Below are positions 1 through 9,788 of a stretch of DNA of 64,000 bases, in pieces. Origin of the DNA: an uncultured virus (IMG/VR IMGVR_UViG_3300025844_000001) (lineage: Duplodnaviria > Heunggongvirae > Uroviricota > Caudoviricetes > Demerecviridae). The DNA is taken from IMG/VR virus record IMGVR_UViG_3300025844_000001. The stretch is one strand, 5' to 3'. How positions within the stretch are numbered: position 1 is the first letter of the stretch; every line of letters begins with the position of its first letter. A model generated the notes under the pieces. That model did no database searches and was not told the origin of the DNA. It saw only the letters and a list, made by a program, of their open reading frames with translations. The translations under genes were made by a program, and so were the position numbers.

Positions 1-1000
1 GACGTCTAGATGGCCAGATGGCTGGACGTCCAGATGGCTAGACGGCTAGAAGTCTGGATGGCTAGACGTCCAGCGTGAATGCACTAAGGCGGTGAGCGCA
101 GCTCGGCGCTTTAGTGCGAAACCGATAAGTGCAAAACCGAGGGTTACTAGTGCGAAACCGACTAAGTGCGAATCCGAACGTGTAGTCTAAATAAATTTTG
201 GTCAAAAAATAAAAATCTACCCTGCGCCAGTGCGAAACCGATCTGTAAAGCAGAATTTCACATTACGTGCACCGGGACTAGCGGGATTCAGTGGCTTCAC
301 CACTGTGACTCGCTGGACTAGCTAGAAAGTGCTATTTCAGGGATATTTGGAGTTATTTGGACTTTTTGGGAGATATTCGAGGCGGACTAGGTTCGTTGGG
401 TTGCTTTTCAGGGATAAATAGAGCTAATCGGAGATTTGGACTATCTCAAAATTGCATACCAGGCACATTTTTATCCCGGAAAGCAACAAAGCGGTACCCG
501 AAGCTAATTAGAGTAATCCCTAAAAAGCAATTGAGCTAGAATTATGTAACAAAGGGAATCGCTAGAATTGTAGAATAAGGGGGAATTGCTAGAATTGTAG
601 AACAAGGGGGAATTGTGGTGTATAAGTGCAAAACCTATATTAGTGCAAGATCTATAAGTAATTGCTAGAAGTGGGTGAAGCGGAAGTTTGGAGTTGCTTT
701 TTCAGGAAATGATGTTCAAAATAAGAGTAGTCTGTTTTTAGGCAAGTCTGTTTTTTAAGGTAGTCTGTTTTTTGAAAAGGGCTTCTAATTCTTAGCGGAA
801 TCGGAAGCTTTCAATGTTGCTGTAAATTTTTTAGGTAAGTCTATTTTTAGACGTAAAGAGCCATAAAGCGTATTTAAGTCCAAGCTTGGACTTGGCTCTT
901 TTCTTTTGTATTAGATAGAGAGTGTTTGGTAGGTTGGGGCGAATCACTCGAGTCGACTGTCGTCGGTTCATTCACCCCACCTCCTTCACCCCTCTCTAGT
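1..1000. repeat. Non-coding repeat/palindrome region, possibly a T5-type terminal-repeat end or injection-stop region
   Basis: GATGGCTAGACG-like tandem at 1-73; AGTGCGAAACCGA-like x5 (113,128,149,165,229); GCTAGAATTGTAG-like repeats at 536-610; AGTCTGTTTTT repeats (729,746,762); perfect 18-bp palindrome 876-893. Confidence 0.6.
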
Positions 1001-1053
1001 TCGGGGGTTTAGTGATTGCAGAAGTCTCGCTTTTCTGCTAAGTATATATTTTA

Positions 1054-1878
1054 CTAGGATTCCATATTTTTGTCAATACATGTTTTTGCAATAAGAACGG
1101 GTATCTCAGTAGAGATTATATATCCTATCTTCACTAGATTACGGTTAATAGTAATCTCCGAGATACGGTCTAACCCTGTGGTATTATTAGTTGCTTCTTC
1201 GGGGAAGTCTGTATCGTCTATAATTATAGATGAATCATACTTATCAATATATGGAAGAGCGTTCTTTATATCCTCCATTAGTTTAGTATATCCCACAGGA
1301 CAAGACCAACTAAAATACTTTAAGAACTTATTATCTGTATTTAGTATAAAAGGAGTGAACTTTGGTATTTCATCTAGCTTAGTATCCGCTTCTGCATTCT
1401 CTGCATAATCTCTAACTATCTGATGTGTTGTTATTACAAAGTTGTTATTAGCTGTGTGAACAACACATAACTTCTTTATATAAGGTCTTAGTTTACCATC
1501 TGTATATACATGTTTAGGGTCTAGAAGTAAAGCCGCATCAGATTGCTTTAAGTACTCTACATTAAATACACGTTTAAATGTTCCAACTTGTGCTTTGTAT
1601 GCTACAATATCATAGTTAGGTTTAGAACTATTCTTACCTTGACTATACACACCTTTTGAGTTCCAAAGTGGTGCTACTGTTTGCTGTAGCTGATATATTT
1701 TAATATCATCCCCATCCCCTGAAAGCAACTTAATCCTATCTTCTTCACTCAACATAATATATATTGCATGAGTTTTTGCTATATCAACAAATTCTCTAAT
1801 ACTAGCGAATTTGTCTTTATCAAGTATAATGTTGACTGGCTCTACTGACCAACCACCTGCTAAATAATCATTAATCAT
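1054..1878 (-). CDS. hypothetical protein
   Basis: Long ORF; start moved to ATG 1878, coupled to upstream stop (TAATG). Confidence 0.75.
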   Translation of the reverse strand: MINDYLAGGWSVEPVNIILDKDKFASIREFVDIAKTHAIYIMLSEEDRIKLLSGDGDDIKIYQLQQTVAPLWNSKGVYSQGKNSSKPNYDIVAYKAQVGTFKRVFNVEYLKQSDAALLLDPKHVYTDGKLRPYIKKLCVVHTANNNFVITTHQIVRDYAENAEADTKLDEIPKFTPFILNTDNKFLKYFSWSCPVGYTKLMEDIKNALPYIDKYDSSIIIDDTDFPEEATNNTTGLDRISEITINRNLVKIGYIISTEIPVLIAKTCIDKNMES

Positions 1879-2330
1879 TAATCTAACTCCATACCAGCGG
1901 GTGTTCCCCACTCTTTATTAAGCTCTTCTTTGGGCTTTCTTCTTTTAGGTTTATTAACTAACTCTTGTTGTTCTAGAGTAGCCTCCTTTATCTCACGCAT
2001 CTCCTTAGTATACTCTAGCAAGGTAAATGCACAATATCCTACGGGACAGTGTTTGACTAATCTTCTAGTGATAATATCTACTCGCATATTATTAACTAAA
2101 TCTAGTATAGTATTAGCAAAATCTTTATTCCCTGAAAAAGCAATTAACATAGCCTTTTGAACTATGATAGCTTCCGACTCTAAAGGATACTCATATACTA
2201 GGTCATCAGAGATATTATGCACTAGTGTAATAGTATTACCATTCCTAATAACTCTAATAGCGCTACCCATATTAGGGTTAACTTTAGTATCCATAAATAT
2301 GAATGAGTTGTGATTTAAATATGTAAACAT
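1878..2330 (-). CDS. hypothetical protein (MFxYxN family)
   Basis: ORF, TAATG coupling. Confidence 0.75.
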   Translation of the reverse strand: MFTYLNHNSFIFMDTKVNPNMGSAIRVIRNGNTITLVHNISDDLVYEYPLESEAIIVQKAMLIAFSGNKDFANTILDLVNNMRVDIITRRLVKHCPVGYCAFTLLEYTKEMREIKEATLEQQELVNKPKRRKPKEELNKEWGTPAGMELD

Positions 2331-2767
2331 TATTCTACCCCCAAATCTGATATATCGAATCTTTTACTAACTTTATCTATTTCCTTTGCGTAACTATCTA
2401 CTACTAGCTTCTTATGAAGTTCTATAGCTGATGCATCTATTACATATAATGTTTCCGCACAATTATAATATACACGGTAGTTACTACAATCTCTAAACTC
2501 TTCGTCAGTACCCTCAAGCATACGTTGCACTAGTAGGAAGATAATATCCTCGTCCAACTTTCTACCACGAGTAGCTATACGTAAGCAACCTTGAACTAGT
2601 AATGCATCCTTTGCACTGCCATATGATACAGTTACTACAATCTCCTTATGGTCTGTAAAGCTTAAAGTTACATCACATCCGCTACGCATAATGTTGTAAC
2701 TACCTATACTAGATAGGAATCTGTGTTGTCCAAATTCGAATGTGTTTCTATTAATATATCTAAACAT
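2330..2767 (-). CDS. hypothetical protein (MFxYxN family)
   Basis: Coupled ORF. Confidence 0.75.
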   Translation of the reverse strand: MFRYINRNTFEFGQHRFLSSIGSYNIMRSGCDVTLSFTDHKEIVVTVSYGSAKDALLVQGCLRIATRGRKLDEDIIFLLVQRMLEGTDEEFRDCSNYRVYYNCAETLYVIDASAIELHKKLVVDSYAKEIDKVSKRFDISDLGVE

Positions 2768-3458
2768 TACTCACCCACTTATCTACGAACTCATGTAGCT
2801 CATGCTTAGTTATTAAGTCTAGGCTAGCTAGTTCTACCATTGTTCTCATATCTTCTTCCCAACGTATACCTCTCTTATTATGTGGGGTTGGGAATCTTTT
2901 ACTAATATAATTAGCTACAGTATCCTTGTTAATGTACCCCATATGTTGCACATATATCAGACTAGCTAATCTCTTAACCCACTTATCCATTGGTTCTACT
3001 TCTTCCACTTCATTCTCCATTGCTTTATCTATTTGCTCTTTTAGTCCTTCACTTCTACCCTTCGCTTCTACTTCTGGTAGTTTACCTTTAAAACGCAGAT
3101 AGTTATCTATTAAGTATAACTCATGACTATTATACTCACCTCTACTTAGTGAGAATCCTCCTCTAATAGCTCTAGCAGCCTCAATTACTCTAGAATATAG
3201 TTTATATGCTTCAGAGCTTCTACCAACATACGCATCAGAGCCTTTACCAGCTAATCTTCTCATTATATTGGTTTCAGTTACTGCCTTAGATATTTCTTGA
3301 TATACAAACTTTGTTTGATATGTGCGTTGTTCGTTTAATAGCATGAAGTTTAGAACAACTACGTTATCTGCTTGATATATCTCAATACATGTAGACTTAG
3401 TTATACTAATCAATTCACCATTAAAATAGAAGTGTTTACTATTTACATATACTAACAT
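2760..3458 (-). CDS. hypothetical protein (MFxYxN family)
   Basis: ORF with AGGAG RBS. Confidence 0.75.
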   Translation of the reverse strand: MLVYVNSKHFYFNGELISITKSTCIEIYQADNVVVLNFMLLNEQRTYQTKFVYQEISKAVTETNIMRRLAGKGSDAYVGRSSEAYKLYSRVIEAARAIRGGFSLSRGEYNSHELYLIDNYLRFKGKLPEVEAKGRSEGLKEQIDKAMENEVEEVEPMDKWVKRLASLIYVQHMGYINKDTVANYISKRFPTPHNKRGIRWEEDMRTMVELASLDLITKHELHEFVDKWVSNV

Positions 3459-3459
3459 T

Positions 3460-3927
3460 TTACTCTCCTAAATGTCCATACTCTAGCATAGCATCTATCT
3501 GCATTTGTGCATAAGTACCAAAGATAGCTGGACTACGTTCTTGTATAATTGTTTTAAACTCTGCAAACTTAGTAATCTTATGTTCACGGAATAGGTTGTG
3601 TAAGAAATCTAAGTTATTAGGGAACTTAACATTGTAACCCTGTGCTTTCAGCACAGAGACTACATGCTTACTTGAATCTCGTGTAGCAAATACTCGTTTA
3701 CCCTTATAGATGCCAGACTCATATTTCTGTTTCTTCAATGCCCATAAGCGTAGGATAGTCAGGTGACGATATGTATACTTGAATACTTCCATATCGTTTG
3801 TTGCTGCAAATATATCACTAGCTATTTGCATAACGTGTTGTTCATTGGTAATCCCTTGGTCTAGCGTTAACGAAGCTAATGTTTCTAATGCAGGATTAAT
3901 TGCTCGCATCTTTTGTAATCTTTTCAT
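3460..3927 (-). CDS. hypothetical protein
   Basis: ORF with GAGGA RBS. Confidence 0.7.
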   Translation of the reverse strand: MKRLQKMRAINPALETLASLTLDQGITNEQHVMQIASDIFAATNDMEVFKYTYRHLTILRLWALKKQKYESGIYKGKRVFATRDSSKHVVSVLKAQGYNVKFPNNLDFLHNLFREHKITKFAEFKTIIQERSPAIFGTYAQMQIDAMLEYGHLGE

Positions 3928-4036
3928 TATAAATATTCCTCTGCTTCTGCACGTACTTGTTCAATTTCTTCATTGATACTGTCTAAATCTTCTATTAGCT
4001 TGTTTCTAATAGACTGTAGTTCTAAAAGTCTGTCCA

Positions 4037-4438
4037 TTAGCTCGTCCATGCCAAACTCCTTTGTATACGGAATAACCAGTATCTAACATCGTATTTAGGT
4101 TGTATCCTAGTTTTAGCTAATAGCTCTTTAATAACATGGTCTAGTAAGTCTTTACGTAAAGTTCCATAATCTCCCTCCCACATTAGTCGATTATACCCAG
4201 ATGCGTAAGTCCACATAGATGAATCCGTAAGATGCTTATCAGTAGAGCGTATTGGCCATGTCGTACTACCACTAAAATGTACCCAAGTAGTAAAGTAAGG
4301 AAATAATTGTTTTGAGTATCTACGCGCATAAAAACATATACCTCTAGAAGCCTTACCTCTATTAACTAGAGATTTTAGTTGTAACATATGGTACAGTAGT
4401 AATCTTTCTTCTTCTTTCATATATTTTTTATTTACCAT
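4037..4438 (-). CDS. hypothetical protein (GIC..W..FSG..W.G.YG.LR family)
   Basis: Motifs shared with 13969 and 14271 ORFs. Confidence 0.75.
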   Translation of the reverse strand: MVNKKYMKEEERLLLYHMLQLKSLVNRGKASRGICFYARRYSKQLFPYFTTWVHFSGSTTWPIRSTDKHLTDSSMWTYASGYNRLMWEGDYGTLRKDLLDHVIKELLAKTRIQPKYDVRYWLFRIQRSLAWTS

Positions 4439-4635
4439 GAAACTTTACCCCAAAATTCAGCACTAGCATACTTTTCTTTACAAAGAGCTAACATTTCCTT
4501 ATAGTGTACTTCCCACTCCTTGGAGCTAGCTCGTCTAGCTAACTTAATATATTCAAAGGCTACCTTTAATTGTTCTTTTGTAGTAGACGAGCGCATTACC
4601 TTATCTGCTTTACAGTATAGTTCCATGTTATTCAT
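4432..4635 (-). CDS. hypothetical protein
   Basis: Packed operon ORF. Confidence 0.65.
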   Translation of the reverse strand: MNNMELYCKADKVMRSSTTKEQLKVAFEYIKLARRASSKEWEVHYKEMLALCKEKYASAEFWGKVSW

Positions 4636-4837
4636 TGAATGCCTCCTCCATCTGTTTGGCGAATATCAAATCGTTTATCTCTAGCATAATTTCTTGTAGT
4701 TCTAGAATACGCTTAGTTTTAAGTTTTTCAATACTAATTCTAGAACTAGGTAGTACATACTCTGTTGTCTCTGCCTGTACTCGTAGTATCTCTTGGTAAA
4801 TCAATTCCATTATAAGCTCTAATTGCTCAATAGTCAT
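4628..4837 (-). CDS. hypothetical protein
   Basis: Packed operon ORF. Confidence 0.65.
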   Translation of the reverse strand: MTIEQLELIMELIYQEILRVQAETTEYVLPSSRISIEKLKTKRILELQEIMLEINDLIFAKQMEEAFNE

Positions 4838-5376
4838 TATTTCATTTCCTCTAGTATAAATGCAAGTACTTCTTGAGGAAGTGAGCTTGCATCTTCGTTA
4901 TCTGGTAAGTAAAGAGCTGTATCACCATATTTGGCTAACTCTTTACCTGCTTTATCTCCCTCACAAAGGGCTACTATATTATGTCCTTTACTACGTAATA
5001 CATTTAGTGTAGATACTAAGTGCTTAGGGTTGTTAGTTAATAGAGCTAAACAGTTATATCCTAAGTTTCGTACTGCTAGAGCATCGAAAGCTCCCTCAAC
5101 TACGTATATGTTCTTTAACTCAGGGTTCAGTGTTTCTAGTCCGTAAGGTGCATACATGCCTTTACGGTTTATTAAGTAATACTTACTTGTTTCTTTACAA
5201 TGCTTGCCTTTCTTCTCACCTTTCCAGTTATACTGTAACGTACCTGCTAAGGCTTGATTTATGCCCCATAGAGGAAATGTAACTAATTCTTTATCAAGGT
5301 CTACCCAATAACCATCTAGGTTCATATGTCTACTTAGTAAATGTTCTGTAAATGTCATGGTTAGTTCTCTCCTCAA
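4837..5376 (-). CDS. stand-alone Toprim-domain (primase-like) protein
   Basis: VVEGAFDALA and EGDKAG Toprim motifs; true start may be slightly downstream (MTF). Confidence 0.8.
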   Translation of the reverse strand: MRRELTMTFTEHLLSRHMNLDGYWVDLDKELVTFPLWGINQALAGTLQYNWKGEKKGKHCKETSKYYLINRKGMYAPYGLETLNPELKNIYVVEGAFDALAVRNLGYNCLALLTNNPKHLVSTLNVLRSKGHNIVALCEGDKAGKELAKYGDTALYLPDNEDASSLPQEVLAFILEEMK

Positions 5377-5432
5377 TTTATAGAACTATTATACCTAATT
5401 TTGATGACTTTGTAAAGCAAAAAAGACCACCC

Positions 5433-5765
5433 TTAGGTAGTCTTTTTTAAGTTAAATCGGTTTCCTTTAGCTAGTATAGCAGCAGCTTTTGTTCTGGATT
5501 CTTCGTTAATGAAGTCTCTAAGGGTTATTGCTCCTTCATAAACAAGCCAGTATTCCTCTTGACTACCTGCAAGTATCACTACTTCACCCGAAGGTACACA
5601 TAGCATAATAGCGGGGTCTCTATGGCTTTTCTCTAACATAGTAGCTATCATTATATCTTCATTACGAACACCTAAGTCATGTAGGAATGAACCCGTAGCA
5701 CAGTGATGTACTTTAATGAAGCATTGTTTATTGATTGGTAGGTGTCTTAGGTTGGCATCTAGCAT
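5433..5765 (-). CDS. hypothetical protein
   Basis: Coupled ORF. Confidence 0.65.
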   Translation of the reverse strand: MLDANLRHLPINKQCFIKVHHCATGSFLHDLGVRNEDIMIATMLEKSHRDPAIMLCVPSGEVVILAGSQEEYWLVYEGAITLRDFINEESRTKAAAILAKGNRFNLKKTT

Positions 5766-6013
5766 TATTCTTTATTCCTTACTTTACATAGGGTTTTCTG
5801 GGATACAGCATACTTATGAGCTTGGGCTATATCATATTTAGCTTTAGTTAAAGCTCGTCGCTGAGTCTCTACTTTCTCAGTTAACTCTACTACTTCTTGC
5901 TTCTTATTTTCTAGCTGTGTACTTAATTCTAAACTGTATATCTGAACAAACCCAGCTATACCATTGACCATTAGAATAGTACCTAGAACTATTAAGGCTA
6001 CTATCTTAGTCAT
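5765..6013 (-). CDS. membrane-anchored coiled-coil protein
   Basis: N-terminal hydrophobic helix followed by heptad-rich tail. Confidence 0.65.
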   Translation of the reverse strand: MTKIVALIVLGTILMVNGIAGFVQIYSLELSTQLENKKQEVVELTEKVETQRRALTKAKYDIAQAHKYAVSQKTLCKVRNKE

Positions 6014-6366
6014 TATTCAACTACCTCTGAGTGGTAAGCCTCTAATTCTTGTTCTACTGTAATTATAATTACACCAGGAAAGTTATCCGGTTTAAATAAT
6101 TCTGTATCCAGTAAATAATAGCCATTAATGTTATCTTTTACAAAGGTTCCGTATCCTTCTAACCATTTATGTGCTCTATACTTAGAGTTCCAAGCCTCAC
6201 TTTGCGACATAAATGTACCAGCAATATCTTCTGCTACTTCTTTTAGGTCATGATACTTAGTAAATATCTTAGCCCATTCACCTAGGATGAAGTATTCGAA
6301 GGCCATATCTTCATCTAAGAATGTAACGGATACTTTTGCTTCAAATGTTGTTTCTGTTTTAAACAT
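6013..6366 (-). CDS. hypothetical protein
   Basis: Coupled ORF. Confidence 0.7.
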   Translation of the reverse strand: MFKTETTFEAKVSVTFLDEDMAFEYFILGEWAKIFTKYHDLKEVAEDIAGTFMSQSEAWNSKYRAHKWLEGYGTFVKDNINGYYLLDTELFKPDNFPGVIIITVEQELEAYHSEVVE

Positions 6367-6583
6367 TTCGGTTTCTCCGATAAAAGGCTACTGATACTTC
6401 CCAGATAATACGCAGTAAAGCTAGTATAAACATTACAGGCATAAATACAATTATAACTACACGCTCTTTTATTGTAAAATGTGCCATTTTTTCTGGTACT
6501 ACTATTAAATCAACTATAAATAAAAAACTAAGCACATATGATGTAATAACGTAGCTTAGTAGTAAATAAATAAATAAACCCAT
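6359..6583 (-). CDS. small membrane protein
   Basis: Two hydrophobic segments, AGGAG RBS. Confidence 0.65.
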   Translation of the reverse strand: MGLFIYLLLSYVITSYVLSFLFIVDLIVVPEKMAHFTIKERVVIIVFMPVMFILALLRIIWEVSVAFYRRNRNV

Positions 6584-6592
6584 GTATTTCTC

Positions 6593-6886
6593 CTAGTAAT
6601 AGAACTTTTTGGTTGTTGTAATTTCGGTGTTAGCTTTAACTAAAGCTTCGCGCATACGGTTTAATTCAGTTATCATTACATCAAGTTTCTCAATGCGCTT
6701 GGCTACTTGATGTGCTTCTTCACAATCAAAATCTAGGCATATATTACTATTACAGTCCGCAATAATTAAACTACCATCTAATATGTCGCCCTTATATGTT
6801 CTATCTTTACCCGACTTAATTTGCCACTTAATGTATCCAGTCTCGTTGAATGAGTTATTAAAGAATGTCTTGCCTCTATCTTTCAT
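6593..6886 (-). CDS. hypothetical protein
   Basis: Coupled ORF. Confidence 0.7.
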   Translation of the reverse strand: MKDRGKTFFNNSFNETGYIKWQIKSGKDRTYKGDILDGSLIIADCNSNICLDFDCEEAHQVAKRIEKLDVMITELNRMREALVKANTEITTTKKFYY

Positions 6887-7380
6887 TATATAATTTCCTT
6901 TACAAAGTGTTGTTTTCTAATTTCGTTACCAGTATCGTTGGATATGTAGAACATATCTTTCTTTTGTATTCTATTATGTCTAATAATGGTTAACTCACAA
7001 TGTTCACCCTTTACTACGTAAAGGAACATTCTAGTTTTTCTAGCAGGTGTCAGGTCTAGAGAGTGGTATGTTAAACCTGTACCACCTAACTCAAGACAGT
7101 AATAGTTCCAAGCTTTACCATGCGACATTTTACCTCCAAAAGCAGCTTCCAATACATGAGCCATTTCGTGTGGTAAAGTATCTGATATTATAAAATCTAG
7201 GCCAGCTTCTTTGTTAAAACGAATAACGAAAGCATCATCTTCCACATAGTAGATAGCTTCGCCTGCTGCACGACCTTTTAAGTCAAATTTAATAGTAACT
7301 CTATGTTTTAGTTCAAAACCATAGGCTATTAGTATGTATCTCATAAGGTTATTTGCTGCTTCTATTATTTGCTTTTCCAT
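6886..7380 (-). CDS. SprT-like metallopeptidase
   Basis: PHEMAH zincin motif plus HGKAW. Confidence 0.85.
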   Translation of the reverse strand: MEKQIIEAANNLMRYILIAYGFELKHRVTIKFDLKGRAAGEAIYYVEDDAFVIRFNKEAGLDFIISDTLPHEMAHVLEAAFGGKMSHGKAWNYYCLELGGTGLTYHSLDLTPARKTRMFLYVVKGEHCELTIIRHNRIQKKDMFYISNDTGNEIRKQHFVKEII

Positions 7381-7385
7381 TATTC

Positions 7386-7449
7386 GTTCCCTTTCTCAAT
7401 TCTATAAAGCTATTATACGCAAAAAGCACCTCCAATGGAAGTGCTTTTT
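7386..7449 (-). promoter_or_regulatory. Terminator-promoter-leader cassette, identical 64-bp copy at 14709-14772
   Basis: AAAAAGCAC..GTGCTTTTT hairpin fused to CGTATAAT -10 and GAATTGAGAAAGG leader. Confidence 0.8.
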
Positions 7450-7461
7450 CAACGTTACAGC

Positions 7462-8343
7462 TTATTTGATAGCTAAAGAGCGATTAATGTTCTTGATATT
7501 GTTACGAATTTCAGTAAGTGTAGTTTCCTTAAATAGTACACTATCTTCAAAGATAATATCTAAGGCGCCACGTGCTTCCATATCCGCTGATACATTCTCT
7601 ACTAATTGATACATAGTATTATCATTGAAAGACTTAACCATCATAAGACCCTTTGCAGAGTTCTTACCTGAGTCAGTAGCAGGCTCTTTCCATATAGGAG
7701 TCCACTCTCTGTTCCACTCAAACTTAATCGCCGTGGACTTCATCGCAAAGCCATGAGTATCACGGGTAACGTATTGATATGAAAAACTACCAATACCCTG
7801 AACACATGTAGGGATAAACATCTTAGCTTCTAGACGTTCAATGAACTCTGCTGAACGAGCTAACGTAATAGAGTCACCATAGATTGCTCCAATATGTGAG
7901 TCTAGAGTACGATAACCCTCTGTATCAGTAGTACCACCGAAAATATCCCATAAACATTCAATTAATCCTTTAACTTCATGTTTCTCTACGTAACAACCAC
8001 GTTCTATATCAACGAAGCGTCCATCTTCTAACTCATATACTTCATAGTCATATGTGTCTTGTGGGAATGCGCTTGCATGGCCAAGTGCGTCATTTAGGGT
8101 TTCAAACTTAAACTTACTAAATAGTTTGTAACCACAAACAATCTTAACTGGGTCACCGGAGTCAGGACGAATAACTAGTGTACCATCCCGAGCCATGATG
8201 GTATTTTTTAGTAGAGGTAGTCCTATAGATACTACTGACCAAAAGTCATAACTATCTGCTACCATAGATAGTATGCCAGTAGGTGCAACTTCTGTCATTA
8301 ATTCTTTCATATGTAAAACTTCTGCTAGTAACTTATTATCCAT
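7462..8343 (-). CDS. nicotinamide phosphoribosyltransferase-family (NAMPT/Namat), C-terminal half
   Basis: SMVADSYD, VIRPDSGDP, IYGDSIT, GIGSFSYQ..TRDTHGFAMK motifs; own AAGGA RBS. Confidence 0.9.
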   Translation of the reverse strand: MDNKLLAEVLHMKELMTEVAPTGILSMVADSYDFWSVVSIGLPLLKNTIMARDGTLVIRPDSGDPVKIVCGYKLFSKFKFETLNDALGHASAFPQDTYDYEVYELEDGRFVDIERGCYVEKHEVKGLIECLWDIFGGTTDTEGYRTLDSHIGAIYGDSITLARSAEFIERLEAKMFIPTCVQGIGSFSYQYVTRDTHGFAMKSTAIKFEWNREWTPIWKEPATDSGKNSAKGLMMVKSFNDNTMYQLVENVSADMEARGALDIIFEDSVLFKETTLTEIRNNIKNINRSLAIK

Positions 8344-8932
8344 TGTGTCTATCCTTATGTATTAATTTAAATGTACACCCTCTATGGGTCTTTTGTCTAC
8401 CTGTTAAGCACGCACTAACACCAGAAGAGGAGTAACCTTTACTTATTATATCTTTGTGTCCTTTAAGTATATCAATTAGTTTTTCTTCTTTATTGTATAC
8501 TTCTACATCTCCACGATAGTTATGAGCTTTATCTCCAAAAGGATTCTCTTTTAATCCCATATTAATAGCATGTTTCTTATTCCCACTAGAGGTACTCCAT
8601 TCTAGGCTAGATACCCTATTATCTTCTTTTTTACCATAAAGATGATTCACTTCCGGTAGATTTTGTGGGTTAGGTATAAAATGTTCAGCCACTAATCTAT
8701 GCACTTTAAATGTTTTCTGTTTACCCTCTGTACTTAAAGATAAGTACAGATAACCTTTCCTGTCTGAGTTGAACTTAAGAACCTTACCAAGGTACTTTCT
8801 AGTAACTTCCTTACCATTTAGACCACAAATTTGTTGAACTGTCCTAGTTAAGGATCTAACATTTCCTTGGTCAGATACTTGGTAGAGCCCCTCATAACCC
8901 CTAATATCCTTCCAATTCTCTAATCCATTCAT
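8336..8932 (-). CDS. NUMOD4-HNH homing endonuclease
   Basis: WKDIRGYEGLYQVSDQGNVRS (NUMOD4); VHRLVA..VNH..DN..LEW (HNH). Confidence 0.92.
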   Translation of the reverse strand: MNGLENWKDIRGYEGLYQVSDQGNVRSLTRTVQQICGLNGKEVTRKYLGKVLKFNSDRKGYLYLSLSTEGKQKTFKVHRLVAEHFIPNPQNLPEVNHLYGKKEDNRVSSLEWSTSSGNKKHAINMGLKENPFGDKAHNYRGDVEVYNKEEKLIDILKGHKDIISKGYSSSGVSACLTGRQKTHRGCTFKLIHKDRHNG

Positions 8933-9785
8933 TATTAGTTTTTCCTTTATATTTACCTGTATCTCTTAATTCATTCTCAATAGTAGTTATTGCACTAGTA
9001 GCTACTGAGTGTTCAGTAGCGTTAACAGAGGCAAATGTAGGCTCTACATCATGACCAGCAAATGCTCCACCTACGTCAGCTCCGTAATACTTCCAAGCAA
9101 AGATAGCTGCTGGTGTGGTATCAGAACCATAGAATGAGGTTAGGTGGCCGAAACCAATCATACCTGCTGCTACATGTCCAGGTAGTCCACGATAACTAAA
9201 GTCATGACCCATGAATGGAATCATTTCTTTTGCAATACGAGACTTCTCAAACGTGATTAAGTAGTTAAACGCTGTAGTAGCAGAAGTTGTAATAGGCCAA
9301 ATCTCAGCACTAAATTCATCCTCTAAAGCACCTACTAGCCAACCAAAACCTGGTACTGTATTTTGCATTGTTACCGTAGGTACACCATAAGGAACAAAAG
9401 TACCCTCAGGTAAAGCTTTGATACGTAAAGGTAAATACCCTAAGTCATGTAGTGCTTCAATATGGGTAGTATCTACCTGCTTAAATAATGCTCCTTCAAT
9501 AAAGTACTTATACTCGGCAATTATTTCAGCTTTATTACGACAAAAGAAGTCACGATTAAATAGTTTAATTAAGATTTCCTTAACTAAATACTGTGCTCCT
9601 ACTGTTACTACACCATTTAACTTGGTATTAGAGTGCTTACCATGACGTGGTGTTAAATTAGAGTAGTTATAAGCTACTCCCGGTTTTGTAGCGAACTTGT
9701 GAAAGCTCTTATACATATCCTGTAAGGTCATAGGCATAACTTCATGAGATAAACGTTCCATACTATTCATTTTCTGTAAGTTCAT
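8901..9785 (-). CDS. nicotinamide phosphoribosyltransferase-family (NAMPT/Namat), N-terminal half
   Basis: DMYKSFH, LGYLPLRIKALPEG, HDFSYRG, GSDT, ATEHSV motifs. Confidence 0.9.
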   Translation of the reverse strand: MNLQKMNSMERLSHEVMPMTLQDMYKSFHKFATKPGVAYNYSNLTPRHGKHSNTKLNGVVTVGAQYLVKEILIKLFNRDFFCRNKAEIIAEYKYFIEGALFKQVDTTHIEALHDLGYLPLRIKALPEGTFVPYGVPTVTMQNTVPGFGWLVGALEDEFSAEIWPITTSATTAFNYLITFEKSRIAKEMIPFMGHDFSYRGLPGHVAAGMIGFGHLTSFYGSDTTPAAIFAWKYYGADVGGAFAGHDVEPTFASVNATEHSVATSAITTIENELRDTGKYKGKTNNEWIRELEGY

Positions 9786-9788
9786 ATG

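Noticed and set aside
113..241. CRISPR array
   Set aside because: 13-bp repeats with very short, irregular spacers and no cas genes
8336..8932. Group I intron or intein in NAMPT
   Set aside because: HNH ORF overlaps both halves out of frame, with no spare sequence for a ribozyme core and no intein termini
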